NCBI GenBank assembly: GCA_049852185.1
Contig: CP187540.1
DNA: 64,000 nucleotides
Strand: one strand, 5' to 3'
Origin: Methanocaldococcus sp. 28A
GTDB lineage: Archaea; AGJL01; Methanococci; Methanococcales; Methanocaldococcaceae
Numbering within the stretch: the first letter of the stretch is position 1; each line of letters starts with the position of its first letter. Position numbers and translations under genes: made by a program. This document shows positions 42,804 through 53,655 of the stretch, in pieces. The notes under the pieces were generated by a model. It had not been told where the DNA came from and searched no databases. It worked only from the letters and a program-made list of their open reading frames with translations.

Positions 42804-43136
42804 TTAAAAGATTATCAAATTCCCTAATGCTAATATAACTAGCATTCCCATTAATGCTAAATGAGCTGAATATATTCCAGAATTTTGGTATTGAGTTTTT
42901 AATATATTACATATTGTGCTACATATTGTTAAGGGAGCTATTATTTGGAAAGCTATTGCTAAATATCCAACTATATTGTTATCTATGAATAATGAAGCTA
43001 AAGTTAATATAAAGGCTATTATTAAAGATATAAAGTGAGGCATTAATCTCATTCCTGTTAATCTAAATGTAGCAAATCCAGAGAACATTGCTCCAAATAT
43101 TATAGACAATGAAACTAATGTAACTACTTCATTCAT
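42804..43136 (-). CDS. Small integral membrane protein
   Basis: Four hydrophobic segments, GFATFR..GMRL.PHF; follows the upstream ORF closely. Confidence 0.7.
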   Translation of the reverse strand: MNEVVTLVSLSIIFGAMFSGFATFRLTGMRLMPHFISLIIAFILTLASLFIDNNIVGYLAIAFQIIAPLTICSTICNILKTQYQNSGIYSAHLALMGMLVILALGNLIIF

Positions 43137-43148
43137 TTTATCCCTTAT

Positions 43149-43592
43149 TTATTTTTTTATTTTTTTGAATATTAATTTTACTTGATCTGATTGAGGAATA
43201 ATCTCATGTAACATTAATTTATATTCTTTGTTAATCTCATAGATATTAGAAAGTAGATATATATATGGACATACATAAGGAGCAGAATTTTCTTCCATTA
43301 ACTTTTTAAGAAATAAGTCAAGGGTAGGTTTTACAATTGTAAATATAACCTTATCATCTTTTTCTTCTATTATTAAATCCTCTGATAATCCAAATGTATT
43401 AACAAATAAATTAATTATGTCTTCTTTAGTCATGTTGTCATGTAAAAGTCCAATTTCCTTTAATAATTTAATTATTTCCTCAGATGCTCTTCTACCTATA
43501 ACCATACTTGCAGTACCTACGATATCACTAATTGCTTTATTTATTCCATAATATAATGCAGACACAAATACACTATCAATGTTCTTCTTCAT
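43149..43592 (-). CDS. Hypothetical protein (possible V4R-like fold)
   Basis: AGGTGA RBS; operon with 43607-44425; PYVCP motif. Confidence 0.6.
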   Translation of the reverse strand: MKKNIDSVFVSALYYGINKAISDIVGTASMVIGRRASEEIIKLLKEIGLLHDNMTKEDIINLFVNTFGLSEDLIIEEKDDKVIFTIVKPTLDLFLKKLMEENSAPYVCPYIYLLSNIYEINKEYKLMLHEIIPQSDQVKLIFKKIKK

Positions 43593-43606
43593 AATTTTCA
43601 CCTAAG

Positions 43607-44425
43607 TTATAACCATACGGGTCTAACATTTGGCTTTGATAGATAGTTTAAGAATGTTGGAGCTCCTGCAATCTCAAATCCATCTTCTAAGTTATTTTCA
43701 TTAATTCCTCTAAATTTTGCACTTAACTCACAAACATATATTTTTACTCCTCTTTTTAGAATGTCTCTAACTAAATCTCCAAGTTTTGGAAAGTCAGGAT
43801 GTTTAACTTTGTCACATTCACCCTTTAAACCTAAGCTTGCTCCATCCATCATTAAGAATATTGTTGGCTTTAAGTTCATTTTTAAAGCAACATCTGCCAT
43901 CATGAATGTTGCATAAGCCTTTTCAGCGTTTCCTGTTCCCGTTGTATTAATGATGAAAAGCTCATCAATTTTTGTTATTGCTGCAGTTTCTTCTTTCTTT
44001 TCTCCTTTCTTAACTAATATTCTGTAAGTTCCATCTCCTTTATCTTCAACTTTTAATATTTCATTCCCCATACCTTTTAATCCTTCTGTTAAATCAGTTA
44101 AAGCATTTTTTCCACAGATAATCTCTAATATTTCTCCATTCTTCATTTTTGATAACATGTCTGAGACCATCATTATAGGTCCTGGACATGTAGCACCTAC
44201 AACGTTAATAGTTTTATCTGCATGAATTTCCCCAACATAGATTTTAATTACATTTCCATCAACTTCATACTTTAAGTTATATTTTTTCAATAAATTTTCA
44301 ATATCTTTTATTTGCTCTTCCCCATCGGTTTCAACAACTAAAATTCCATCTTTTGTATCACTTAGAATCATGTCTATTAATAAAGAAGGACTTCTTAACC
44401 CTTTAACTTTAAACTTTCTTATCAT
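43607..44425 (-). CDS. TusA/SirA plus DsrE sulfur-relay protein
   Basis: TCPGP TusA motif; C-terminal DsrE (FLMMDG, VKIYVCE..AKFRG). Confidence 0.85.
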   Translation of the reverse strand: MIRKFKVKGLRSPSLLIDMILSDTKDGILVVETDGEEQIKDIENLLKKYNLKYEVDGNVIKIYVGEIHADKTINVVGATCPGPIMMVSDMLSKMKNGEILEIICGKNALTDLTEGLKGMGNEILKVEDKGDGTYRILVKKGEKKEETAAITKIDELFIINTTGTGNAEKAYATFMMADVALKMNLKPTIFLMMDGASLGLKGECDKVKHPDFPKLGDLVRDILKRGVKIYVCELSAKFRGINENNLEDGFEIAGAPTFLNYLSKPNVRPVWL

Positions 44426-44811
44426 TTATCTCACCACGTTCTAGTTATCCGCCTCCTACGATTTTTTCAATTATTCCAAAAGTAGTGGATAACTCCCCTA
44501 CCTCCCTACTTTATTGGCAGGTAATCAGGAAAGACGGAAACTCACAATATATTCGGCAGAATAGCACTCTCATTCGAGCTACTTTTCTCACATATTGGGA
44601 CAACTATATAATTATATTAAATATATTATTTAAATTATTTTAGTTATATTAATTATTAACATTATTAAAACAAAATCAATAAAACTACCAAATACAAATT
44701 TTATGAAATTAGGATATTCATAGTTGTGTATTATCTACGAACAAACACAGATATATATTGACATAATATACTATTTACTAACATATATATAAACTTTTCT
44801 TTTATTATGAG

Positions 44812-44932
44812 GAGGTTGTCAAGATAAGAGAAGGAAGTGAAGGATTCAAGCCAACTAATAACGGTTGAGAATTTATTATTATTGAGGAATCCTTTATTTA
44901 CACCTACTTATTTATTTTTATCTTGACAACCC
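44812..44932. mobile_element. IS6-derived MITE (about 120 bp)
   Basis: GAGGTTGTCAAGATAA / TTATCTTGACAACCC; interior made of both IS6 subterminal sequences. Confidence 0.88.
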
Positions 44933-45188
44933 CTGTCCAGTTTATCTTTCCAAATCTATTTCGAATTACCAATTATTTTATCTTAGATTTAAAATAAATT
45001 TCATTCGATGGGAGAGTATTAAAATAATATTACTTTTTTATTTTTTCATACCAATTATGTCACTAATCTCTAACAAAAAAATAATTATTGTTCTCTTTTT
45101 CAGATTAAAAAGGTCAAAAATATTTTTATATTATTGAATACACTATATAATTTGACGACTAAAAATAAAAAATAAAATGCGAGGTGAG

Positions 45189-45512
45189 ATGGTGACAAAA
45201 ATAGCAATTTTAAGATGTGATAGTGCAGCAAAAACTTGCCCTGCAGTAGGTTGTGTAACAGCAGCATTAAACAAAAAGGATACATTTAAGGACTATGAGG
45301 ATATTGAGTTCTTAACTATAATAACATGTGGAGGATGTCCAGGAAGATTAGGATTGAATCAAATAAAGCAATTAATAGAAAAGTATGGATTGGAAGTGGT
45401 TCATTTTGCAACCTGCATGAGTGCATTAAAACCAAAATGCAGATATGCTGAAGAAATTAAGGAAGAGATTGAAAAGATGGGAGCAAAGGTTGTTATAGGC
45501 TCACACTTCTAA
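45189..45512 (+). CDS. CGGC-domain protein
   Basis: IAILRC..C...GC, TCGGCPG, HFATC; GAGGTGA RBS. Confidence 0.88.
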   Translation: MVTKIAILRCDSAAKTCPAVGCVTAALNKKDTFKDYEDIEFLTIITCGGCPGRLGLNQIKQLIEKYGLEVVHFATCMSALKPKCRYAEEIKEEIEKMGAKVVIGSHF

Positions 45513-45946
45513 ATTAAAACTTTAATTTTAGTACTTAGGTAAACCCATATATTTAAATGGTAATATTTATAGACATAATAAAATATAAAGTTGATGATGA
45601 CCTAAATTATTAAATAACAATTCAAGATATATTAAAAAATAGTTAAATTAGATAATATTAAAAGATTTGATTTTGTGAATAATGAGCATTCCTTGTAATC
45701 ATCCTTGTATTTTTTGACAAAAAAGCAATTAAGGGAATAGATTGTGAAATAAAAAGCACATTATTTAAAATCACAGAAATATGAACACAAACTGTCTATC
45801 TAACTAAAATTTTAATTGAAATTTGTTAAATTTGTTAAAAATCTTTTTATATTATTTAACATTAATAAAATATTTAACCATCTGGATTATTCTCGTAAAG
45901 GATTAGCTCATAATTTAATAATTTAAATAATTTAATAGGTGAAAAT

Positions 45947-47593
45947 ATGAAATACAATCCAAGACCAACAAAAATGTTTTGCTTCCAATGCCAAGAAGCA
46001 GCAAGAAATGAGGGTTGTACAGTAGTAGGGGTTTGTGGTAAAAAAGATATAGTAGCAAACCTTCAAGATTTATTAATTTATACTATAAAAGGTTTATGCT
46101 ATACATGTAATAAAGCAAACTACTTAGATGATGAAGTTATGGAATATATTCCAAAGGCGTTATTTGTAACAATAACAAACGTCAATTTTGATGACCAAGA
46201 TGTGATAGATTGGATAAAGAAAGGAGTAGAATTGAGAGAAAAAGTTATTGAAAAAGCTAATTTAAATAAAGAAGAACTTCCCCACTGTGCTACATGGACT
46301 TATAACGATGAGAAAGACATAATAGAATTATCAAAAGCAAAGGAAGTTAGTGTTTTAGCAGAAGATAATGAAGATATAAGGTCTTTAAAAGAACTCATAA
46401 CTTATGGGATTAAGGGAATTGGGGCTTATTTAAGCCATGCAATGCATCTCGGTTATAATAATGAGGAAATCCACAAATTTATAGTTAAAGCAATGACAAA
46501 ACTCATTGAATGCAATGATGTAGATGAACTCTTCAATTTAGCAATGGAAACTGGTAAGTATGCAGTAGATACATTGGCATTATTAGATAAAGCAAACACT
46601 GAAACCTACGGACATCCAGAAATAACAGAAGTTAATTTAGGAGTTAGAGACAGACCAGGAATATTAATTAGTGGACATGATTTAAAAGATTTAGAGCAGT
46701 TATTAGAGCAAACTAAAGGAACTGGAGTTGATGTCTATACACACTGTGAGATGTTACCTGCCCATTATTATCCATTCTTCAAGAAGTATGAGCATTTCGT
46801 TGGAAACTACGGAGGTTCGTGGCCACACCAAACAGAAGAGTTTGAGAAATTTAACGGCCCAATAGTTATGACAACAAACTGTTTAGTTCCACCAAAAGAT
46901 TCATACAAAGATAGAGTTTATGTAACAAATGAAGTTGGCTACCCAGGATTGAAGAGAATTCCTGTAAGAGAGGATGGAACTAAAGATTTCTCAGAAGTCA
47001 TTGAACATGCTAAGAAATGTGTGCCACCAACACCACTTGAGGAAGGAAAAATCGTTGGAGGATTTGCACACAATCAAGTATTAGCATTGGCAGATAAGAT
47101 AATTGAAGCAGTTAAAAGCGGAAAGATAAGAAAATTCGTTGTAATGGCTGGATGTGATGGAAGACACAAGACAAGAGAATACTACACTGAATTTGCTAAG
47201 AAGTTACCAAAAGACACAGTTATATTAACATGTGGATGTGCAAAATACAGATTCATTAAGTTAGATTTAGGAGACATTGATGGAATTCCAAGGGTATTGG
47301 ATGCTGGGCAATGTAATGATAGCTATTCATTAGCAGTTGTTGCTTTGAAATTGAAAGAAGTCCTTGGATTAGATGACATAAATGAACTACCAATTGCTTA
47401 TAACATTGCATGGTATGAACAAAAAGCAGTTACTGTATTATTGGCATTACTCTACTTAGGTGTTAAGAATATAGTATTAGGCCCGACAATTCCTGCTTTC
47501 TTATCACCAAATGTAGTGAAAGTATTAGTTGAAAAGTTTGGAATATCAACAATCTCGACAGTTGATGAAGATATTAAGAGATTAGTTGGATAA
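45947..47593 (+). CDS. hcp: Hybrid cluster (prismane) protein
   Basis: [10 protein letters not shown]...[33 protein letters not shown]. Confidence 0.97.
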   Translation: MKYNPRPTKMFCFQCQEAARNEGCTVVGVCGKKDIVANLQDLLIYTIKGLCYTCNKANYLDDEVMEYIPKALFVTITNVNFDDQDVIDWIKKGVELREKVIEKANLNKEELPHCATWTYNDEKDIIELSKAKEVSVLAEDNEDIRSLKELITYGIKGIGAYLSHAMHLGYNNEEIHKFIVKAMTKLIECNDVDELFNLAMETGKYAVDTLALLDKANTETYGHPEITEVNLGVRDRPGILISGHDLKDLEQLLEQTKGTGVDVYTHCEMLPAHYYPFFKKYEHFVGNYGGSWPHQTEEFEKFNGPIVMTTNCLVPPKDSYKDRVYVTNEVGYPGLKRIPVREDGTKDFSEVIEHAKKCVPPTPLEEGKIVGGFAHNQVLALADKIIEAVKSGKIRKFVVMAGCDGRHKTREYYTEFAKKLPKDTVILTCGCAKYRFIKLDLGDIDGIPRVLDAGQCNDSYSLAVVALKLKEVLGLDDINELPIAYNIAWYEQKAVTVLLALLYLGVKNIVLGPTIPAFLSPNVVKVLVEKFGISTISTVDEDIKRLVG

Positions 47594-47671
47594 ATTTCCT
47601 AACACTTATTAAAACCTTTTCTATTAAAACTTTAATTTGTCTTATAAGTTAGTTTATTCTCCTACAGTAAT

Positions 47672-47715
47672 CCGTTTCCCATTTCCATAGCATATCGTAA
47701 TATTTAATAATATAC
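47672..47715 (-). mobile_element. Solo end fragment of the 30725-30993 mini-element family
   Basis: CCGTTTCCCATTTCCATAGCATATCGTAA matches the ends at 1357, 30725 and (inverted) 30964-30993. Confidence 0.65.
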
Positions 47716-48048
47716 ATCTTACCGATAATCCTTTTTAAACTATACAATAAAAAAATAAAAATTAAAAACTTACTTAGTGTTTTATATTCTCCCAAATATG
47801 TTTTAATTGTTGGATTATCTTTAGTCTACCAAATTTTTATTTTGAAAGTTGCTATTTATTTAATGTTTTTAAAATCTTTTATTGTTTTTTATTTTCTTAT
47901 TGTAATAGCAAGAATGTTTGGAGTTTATTTTAAGGTTACAAATTTTTAAAAGACAATAATTTAAATTATAATTTAGATTATATATAATAATAAAAAACAA
48001 AACTGTAAAACTTAGCTCTAAGATGTTTTTAATCTATTTGGTGAAATA

Positions 48049-49224
48049 ATGAAAATCATTGGAAAAATAGGAAAAGATAAAATAAAGATAGATGAAAAGA
48101 CTAAATTTTCAATAATTTTAGATAATGTTGCTAAAAAAGCTGATATAGCTGAGGGAAAAAGAGCTGTTGAAGATATAATTAGGGTTATTTATAGACATCA
48201 GCCAATATCTACAAAAAAGATTGGTCAAAAGACAAGATTGCCTTTACCAATAGTTGCTAAAGTGAGGACTATCTTAGAGAGAGAAAAAATATTAAAGAGG
48301 ACTGAAAGAGGAGCTGAGCTAACAGATTTAGGAATAGAATTTGCAGAGAATTTTTTAAAATTAAAGTATAAAAAATCTTTAGTATGTGATAGATGTAAGG
48401 GGAGGGGCATAGTTTTAGATGAATTTTTTGAAGATATTTTAAGTAAGGTTAGAGTTTGGGCTAAAAGAAGACCATTAGTTGATACAACAATAGACCAATC
48501 TTTTGCAACACCAGAGACATCAACATATAGAGCTGCTTTAATGTATGAAAGAGGGGATTTAGAAGGAAAGAGAATTCTATTTGTTGGAGATGATGACCTA
48601 ACATCTCTACCAACTGCTCTAACAAACATGGCTGAAGAAATAGCTGTTGTGGATATAGATGAGAGGATACTAAAGCTTATAGAAAAATTTTCACAAAAAG
48701 AAAATGTTAAGATTAAAACAATTAAACATGATTTAAGAAAACCTCTTCCTGAAAATTTAAAGGATAAGTTTGATGTAATCTCAACAGACCCGCCATATAC
48801 TGTTAATGGATTAAAGCTATTCTTATCAAGAGGGATTGAGGCATTAGGAAACGAGGGAGTAGCTTATTTGTCTTATTCTCACAAGCCAATAGATGAATGG
48901 CTCTCTATCCAAAAAGCAATTACTGATATGAATTTTGTAATTTCTGAGCTAATACCAAACTTTAATTATTATGAAGGTAGTGAGATAATTGCAAATACAA
49001 CATTTATAGCGAGATTAATTGGAAAAAATTTGAAAATAAATATTGGAGATACTGAAAAAATATACACTGGTTTAGTTAAGCCGGTTATAAGATATTACAA
49101 ATGCTTAAAATGTGGAAAAATCCATAAAGTTGGAGATAAAATAAAAAAAGTTGAGGATTTAATTTGTGAATGTGGAGCGAAAAAATTTAAAATGATTAAG
49201 AGAGAAAAGGTGAAAAATGGATAA
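48049..49224 (+). CDS. BpsA-like (DUF43) aminopropyltransferase paralog with HTH and Zn ribbons
   Basis: DQSFATPE, GDDDLTS, TDPP; CxxC..G and C-terminal CxxC...CxC. Confidence 0.8.
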   Translation: MKIIGKIGKDKIKIDEKTKFSIILDNVAKKADIAEGKRAVEDIIRVIYRHQPISTKKIGQKTRLPLPIVAKVRTILEREKILKRTERGAELTDLGIEFAENFLKLKYKKSLVCDRCKGRGIVLDEFFEDILSKVRVWAKRRPLVDTTIDQSFATPETSTYRAALMYERGDLEGKRILFVGDDDLTSLPTALTNMAEEIAVVDIDERILKLIEKFSQKENVKIKTIKHDLRKPLPENLKDKFDVISTDPPYTVNGLKLFLSRGIEALGNEGVAYLSYSHKPIDEWLSIQKAITDMNFVISELIPNFNYYEGSEIIANTTFIARLIGKNLKINIGDTEKIYTGLVKPVIRYYKCLKCGKIHKVGDKIKKVEDLICECGAKKFKMIKREKVKNG

Positions 49225-49346
49225 TTAAAATTAAAAAGCATAGTGTTCCGTTCTATTACTATACTCCAAAGTTAAAGTCCCTGATGAAACTATTCCTAAA
49301 AGTTTCGGGGAGAAGTTAAAAATGAATAATGTTTATATTTATAATA

Positions 49347-49951
49347 TAGTATCTATGAATATGCACTAGGTATGCACAACCGGGTATTAAACATAACCAC
49401 ATTTAAATAATCAAATTTAACTAATAATCGAAATAGATTATTAACAAAAAATTTTCTATATGTAAGGTAGTAATTATAGACTTATACGAACCATTACTAC
49501 TCTTTTCTTTTCTAAATTTGTGAATCGCATTTAAATCCAATCTTTTTTCATAATAGCCCTCAAAATGCGTATCTATCGATAGGTAAAATTTTTTATAGTT
49601 TTTTTAAATCGTTAATTATCTTTTTAACAAAAGATTTATAAACTTCTTTAAACATAGAATTATCTGCCTTATTTATATATCGATAGTAAGAGTCTGCCGA
49701 TAGATAATTTAGCTTACTAATAGTCTCTAAGTATGTGTTATTCGACATTACCTCTATAAGTCCTCTCGTATAATCTCTACTCGATAAATTCTTAGATTAA
49801 TTCGCAAAACTTTGTTTATAAATTCGTTAAATGAGTTTATAGCCAACAATCTTATGTCGTTCATAGTTTTATTCTCTCCTATTTTTTTAGTAACTATCGA
49901 TATTATAAAATATTAACTTTTCTATTGATGATATAATGTTCGGAGATAGTG
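49347..49951 (-). mobile_element. ISH3/IS4-like element copy 3, heavily deleted
   Basis: Mutated TIRs TAGTATCTATGAA / TTCGGAGATAGTG with TA flanks; interior similar to 1578-2773. Confidence 0.85.
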
Positions 49952-49970
49952 TATAAAAACTTAAGGGAAG

Positions 49971-51224
49971 GTGATTATTTTGATTTACACTGCATTTACA
50001 CCTTATGGAGCTTTTGGAATTAAGAATAATAAAGAAGTTAATAGCTTAGATGACATAGAATATAAAAAATTGTTTAATGAAGATGAAATTCCAAATATAA
50101 TGTTTAAATTAAAAACCCAACCAAATAAAATAATATATGAGCTAAAAGAGGAATGGGGAGATGAGATTAAATTAGAAACCCTTAGCGTTGAGCCATTTAA
50201 TATAGGAGATTTCTTAAGAAACAATTTATTTGATATTGGAAAGGAATTGGGATATTTCAATAATTATGAGGAATTTAGAAAGAAAATGCATTTTTGGAAC
50301 ACTGAACTAACAAAAAAAGTTATAAAAAGTTATGCACAACAAAAGGATAAAATCATTATTCAAGTTGCAGAAGCAATATCTGATTTAGATAAAACTCTAA
50401 ACTTATTATCTGAGAGATTGAGGGAGTGGTATTCTCTCTATTTCCCAGAGTTAGACCACTTAGTTAATAAACATGAAGTTTATGCCAACTTAGTAACTAA
50501 TCTAAAAAAGAGAGAAAACTTTACAAAGAGTCAGTTAAAAAAAATCCTTCCTTCACAATTGGCTGGGAAAATTGCTGAAGCAGCAAAGAATTCAATGGGA
50601 GGAGAATTAGAAGATTATGATCTAAACGCTATTGTTAAATTTGCTGAGGAAATATGCCATTTATATGAAAAGAGAAAAGAGCTATATAACTATTTAGAGA
50701 AATTGATGAATGAAGAAGCTCCAAACATTACCAAACTTGCAGGAGTGTCATTAGGAGCTAAATTAATTGATTTAGCTGGAGGGTTAGAAAAATTATCTAA
50801 GAAGCCTGCCTCAACAATACAAGTTTTAGGGGCTGAGAAAGCTTTATTTGCTCATTTAAGAACAGGAGCAGAACCTCCAAAGCATGGTATAATTTATAAT
50901 CACCCTTTAATTCAAGGTTCTCCACATTGGCAAAGAGGAAAAATTGCCAGAGCTTTAGCATGTAAATTAGCAATTGCTGCAAGAGCTGATTATGCTGGAG
51001 ATTACATAGCAGATGAACTCTTAGAAAAGCTAAATAAGAGGGTTGAAGAGATTAAGAGGAAGTATCCAAAACCTAAAAAGAAAAAGAAGAAAGAGAAACC
51101 TAAAGCAAAGAAAAAAGAAAAGAAAGATAAAAAAGAAAAACCTAAGAAAAAGAAAGGTAAGAAAAAAGACAAAAAAGGAAAAATGGAAAGAAAGGTTATA
51201 GGAAAAACAAAAAGTAGAAAATAA
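49971..51224 (+). CDS. nop5: Box C/D RNP protein Nop5
   Basis: REWYSLYFPEL, QVLGAEKALF, PKHGIIY, KKE-rich tail. Confidence 0.96.
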   Translation: MIILIYTAFTPYGAFGIKNNKEVNSLDDIEYKKLFNEDEIPNIMFKLKTQPNKIIYELKEEWGDEIKLETLSVEPFNIGDFLRNNLFDIGKELGYFNNYEEFRKKMHFWNTELTKKVIKSYAQQKDKIIIQVAEAISDLDKTLNLLSERLREWYSLYFPELDHLVNKHEVYANLVTNLKKRENFTKSQLKKILPSQLAGKIAEAAKNSMGGELEDYDLNAIVKFAEEICHLYEKRKELYNYLEKLMNEEAPNITKLAGVSLGAKLIDLAGGLEKLSKKPASTIQVLGAEKALFAHLRTGAEPPKHGIIYNHPLIQGSPHWQRGKIARALACKLAIAARADYAGDYIADELLEKLNKRVEEIKRKYPKPKKKKKKEKPKAKKKEKKDKKEKPKKKKGKKKDKKGKMERKVIGKTKSRK

Positions 51225-51595
51225 TTAAATTTTAATGACTTTTTCTTTTTATTTTTGTTTATGTAATGGACGATTAAAGCATATATAATTCCATCAAGAA
51301 TCAATAAAATCATTGTTATTTTATCCATATTTTCCCATTATTTTTATTTTAATTGTTTATAATGTGTTTAATAAGGTAAATAAATTCTTATTAAGTGAAT
51401 AAACTTTCTGATATAAAATTTTTTTCTTATTAAATAACAATTCAATAAAATCATTTTATATTCCTCAAACTTTTCCCAACTTATAAAACTGTTAATGTAA
51501 TAAATCCCATCATTATTTAAATGCTTTCCAGAAAATAAGGCCTACCCTTATTTATCACCACACTAAATGGGCAGTGTTCTTTATTGATTGGAGAT

Positions 51596-52762
51596 TTACT
51601 TATTTTGGCTATTGTTACACTTTTTCACAAACATACGCTTCACTACTATTGGTGTTATTGTAGAGGTTATTATAGATAAAGTTACGATTGTTACGAATAG
51701 ACTGTTATCTATTAAACCAAGCTCTTTTCCAATTGAAGCCGCAACTAATGAGGCTGAAATTTTTGGAATTGTTAATAAACTTCCAAAAATACTTCTTAGC
51801 TTATCAAATTTTAGTAATTTTAAAGCAAATAAACCTGAAATAAATTTTAAAAATACTGCTGAAAATAATGTAATTAACAATAATTCTAAATTATTTAGAT
51901 TAAAGGCTACTCTAATATTAGTTTCCATTCCTAAAACTAAAAAGAATATTGGAATAAAAAATCCATAACCTATTGCGTTTAAATTTTTATTTAACAGTTC
52001 ATCATGCTCCTCTTTAGTTAAAGCTTCACTAACAGCAACTCCACATATAAAAGCTCCAACTATTGGATGAATTCCAAGGATTTCTCCAATCATTATGGTT
52101 ATAAATATAATAAATAAAACATAATGAATTCTCTGTGCATGAAGTTTTTCAAATATTCCAAGAATATACTTAGATACATAAGGAATAGCCAATAGTAACA
52201 CAACAATGTATAAAAATGCTTCTAATAAGAACATCCCTATATTGCTATCTCCAACACCTAATTTTATAACTACTGAAAGCAAGAGAAGTGTAAATAAATC
52301 AACCATAATTGTAGCACTTAATATTATAGTTCCTAATCTTGTTTTAACCATATTCAGCTCATTTAAAACCCCATAGACTATAGCTACAGAGTGTGAAGCA
52401 AAAATTACAGCATACAATAAACTTCCAATGAATCCTAATCCCAAATATTGTCCAATTAGATATCCACCAAATCCTGGAATTAACAAAGAAAATAGACATA
52501 AAATTAGTGAGTTTTTAAATTCTCCTCTTAAAGTTTCGTTATCTACTTCTAAGCCTGCTAAGAACATTAGCATAATTGCCCCAAGCTCTGCAAGCACTTT
52601 TAAAGTTACATCTAATTGAAGAATATTCAATCCATAAGGTCCTATAATCATTCCTGCAACCATTATTGATGTTATAGCTGGGATGTTAAATCTCTTTAAT
52701 AAGGCAGGCACAATAAAAATTATCGACAATACAATAAAAAATATATAATAATAGTTCTCCAT
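51596..52762 (-). CDS. CPA2/NapA-type cation:proton antiporter
   Basis: LMFLAGLE, IVGAF, FFIPIFF..LG; about 12 TM segments. Confidence 0.9.
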   Translation of the reverse strand: MENYYYIFFIVLSIIFIVPALLKRFNIPAITSIMVAGMIIGPYGLNILQLDVTLKVLAELGAIMLMFLAGLEVDNETLRGEFKNSLILCLFSLLIPGFGGYLIGQYLGLGFIGSLLYAVIFASHSVAIVYGVLNELNMVKTRLGTIILSATIMVDLFTLLLLSVVIKLGVGDSNIGMFLLEAFLYIVVLLLAIPYVSKYILGIFEKLHAQRIHYVLFIIFITIMIGEILGIHPIVGAFICGVAVSEALTKEEHDELLNKNLNAIGYGFFIPIFFLVLGMETNIRVAFNLNNLELLLITLFSAVFLKFISGLFALKLLKFDKLRSIFGSLLTIPKISASLVAASIGKELGLIDNSLFVTIVTLSIITSTITPIVVKRMFVKKCNNSQNK

Positions 52763-52874
52763 TACCTCACCATTAAAGATTATAATAGTAATTAATTTAA
52801 ATTAACTTAAATTTTAATTAAATTTAACATCCTTATAGTTGTTAATGTTTATTAATTTATCGCAGGTGATATAA

Positions 52875-53648
52875 ATGCTAATCTTGGCTGGATTAGGACT
52901 TTATGACGAAAACGATATGACATTAAAGACATTAAAATATGCTAAGAAAGTAGATAAAATTTACGCTGAATTTTATACTGCAGTTTTAACTGGAACTACA
53001 ATAGAAAAGATAAAAGAGGTCTTAGGCAAAAAGATACATGTTTTAAGTAGGAAAGAGGTTGAATATGAAGGATATAAATTGATAGAAGAAGCAAAGGATA
53101 AAGATATAATGTTTTTAACAGCTGGCGACCCTATGGTTGCTACTACTCATGTAGATTTAGCAATAGAAGCTAAAAAGAAAGGGATTGAAGTTTTAATAAT
53201 AAATGCTCCATCAATTTATTCAGCTGTTGGAATTACAGGATTACAATTATATAAATTTGGTAGAACTACTTCAATTGTGTTTCCAGAGAAAAATTACTTC
53301 CCAGAAACTCCTTATAATGTAATAAAAGAAAATTTAGAGAGAGGATTACATACCCTCTGCTTATTAGATATTAGAGTTGATGAAAATGAAAAGAGGTTTA
53401 TGACGGCAAATGAAGGATTAAAAATACTGTTAGAGCTTGAAAATAGAAAAAAAGAAAATGTTATATCTGAAGACACAAAAGCTGTTGTTGTAGCAAGAGC
53501 TGGAAGTTTAAAACCAAAACTTGTTTATGGAAAGATAAAAGATTTAATTAATTATGATTTTGGTGAGCCATTGCATTGTATAATAATTCCAGGAAAACTT
53601 CATTTCATGGAAGAAGATGCGTTAAAATATCTATGTGAAAATATTTAA
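52875..53648 (+). CDS. dph5: Diphthine synthase
   Basis: AEFYT, GDPMVATTH, GLQLYKFG, HTLCLLDI. Confidence 0.96.
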   Translation: MLILAGLGLYDENDMTLKTLKYAKKVDKIYAEFYTAVLTGTTIEKIKEVLGKKIHVLSRKEVEYEGYKLIEEAKDKDIMFLTAGDPMVATTHVDLAIEAKKKGIEVLIINAPSIYSAVGITGLQLYKFGRTTSIVFPEKNYFPETPYNVIKENLERGLHTLCLLDIRVDENEKRFMTANEGLKILLELENRKKENVISEDTKAVVVARAGSLKPKLVYGKIKDLINYDFGEPLHCIIIPGKLHFMEEDALKYLCENI

Positions 53649-53655
53649 AAATTTT

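Noticed and set aside
49278-49311. SECIS element or fluoride riboswitch
   Set aside because: Lacks the GC pairs expected after GAA in archaeal SECIS and the crcB 5' consensus; no nearby gene with an in-frame UGA
51002-51328. 108-aa minus-strand ORF
   Set aside because: Mostly antisense to the Lys-rich tail of Nop5; at most a short gene remnant
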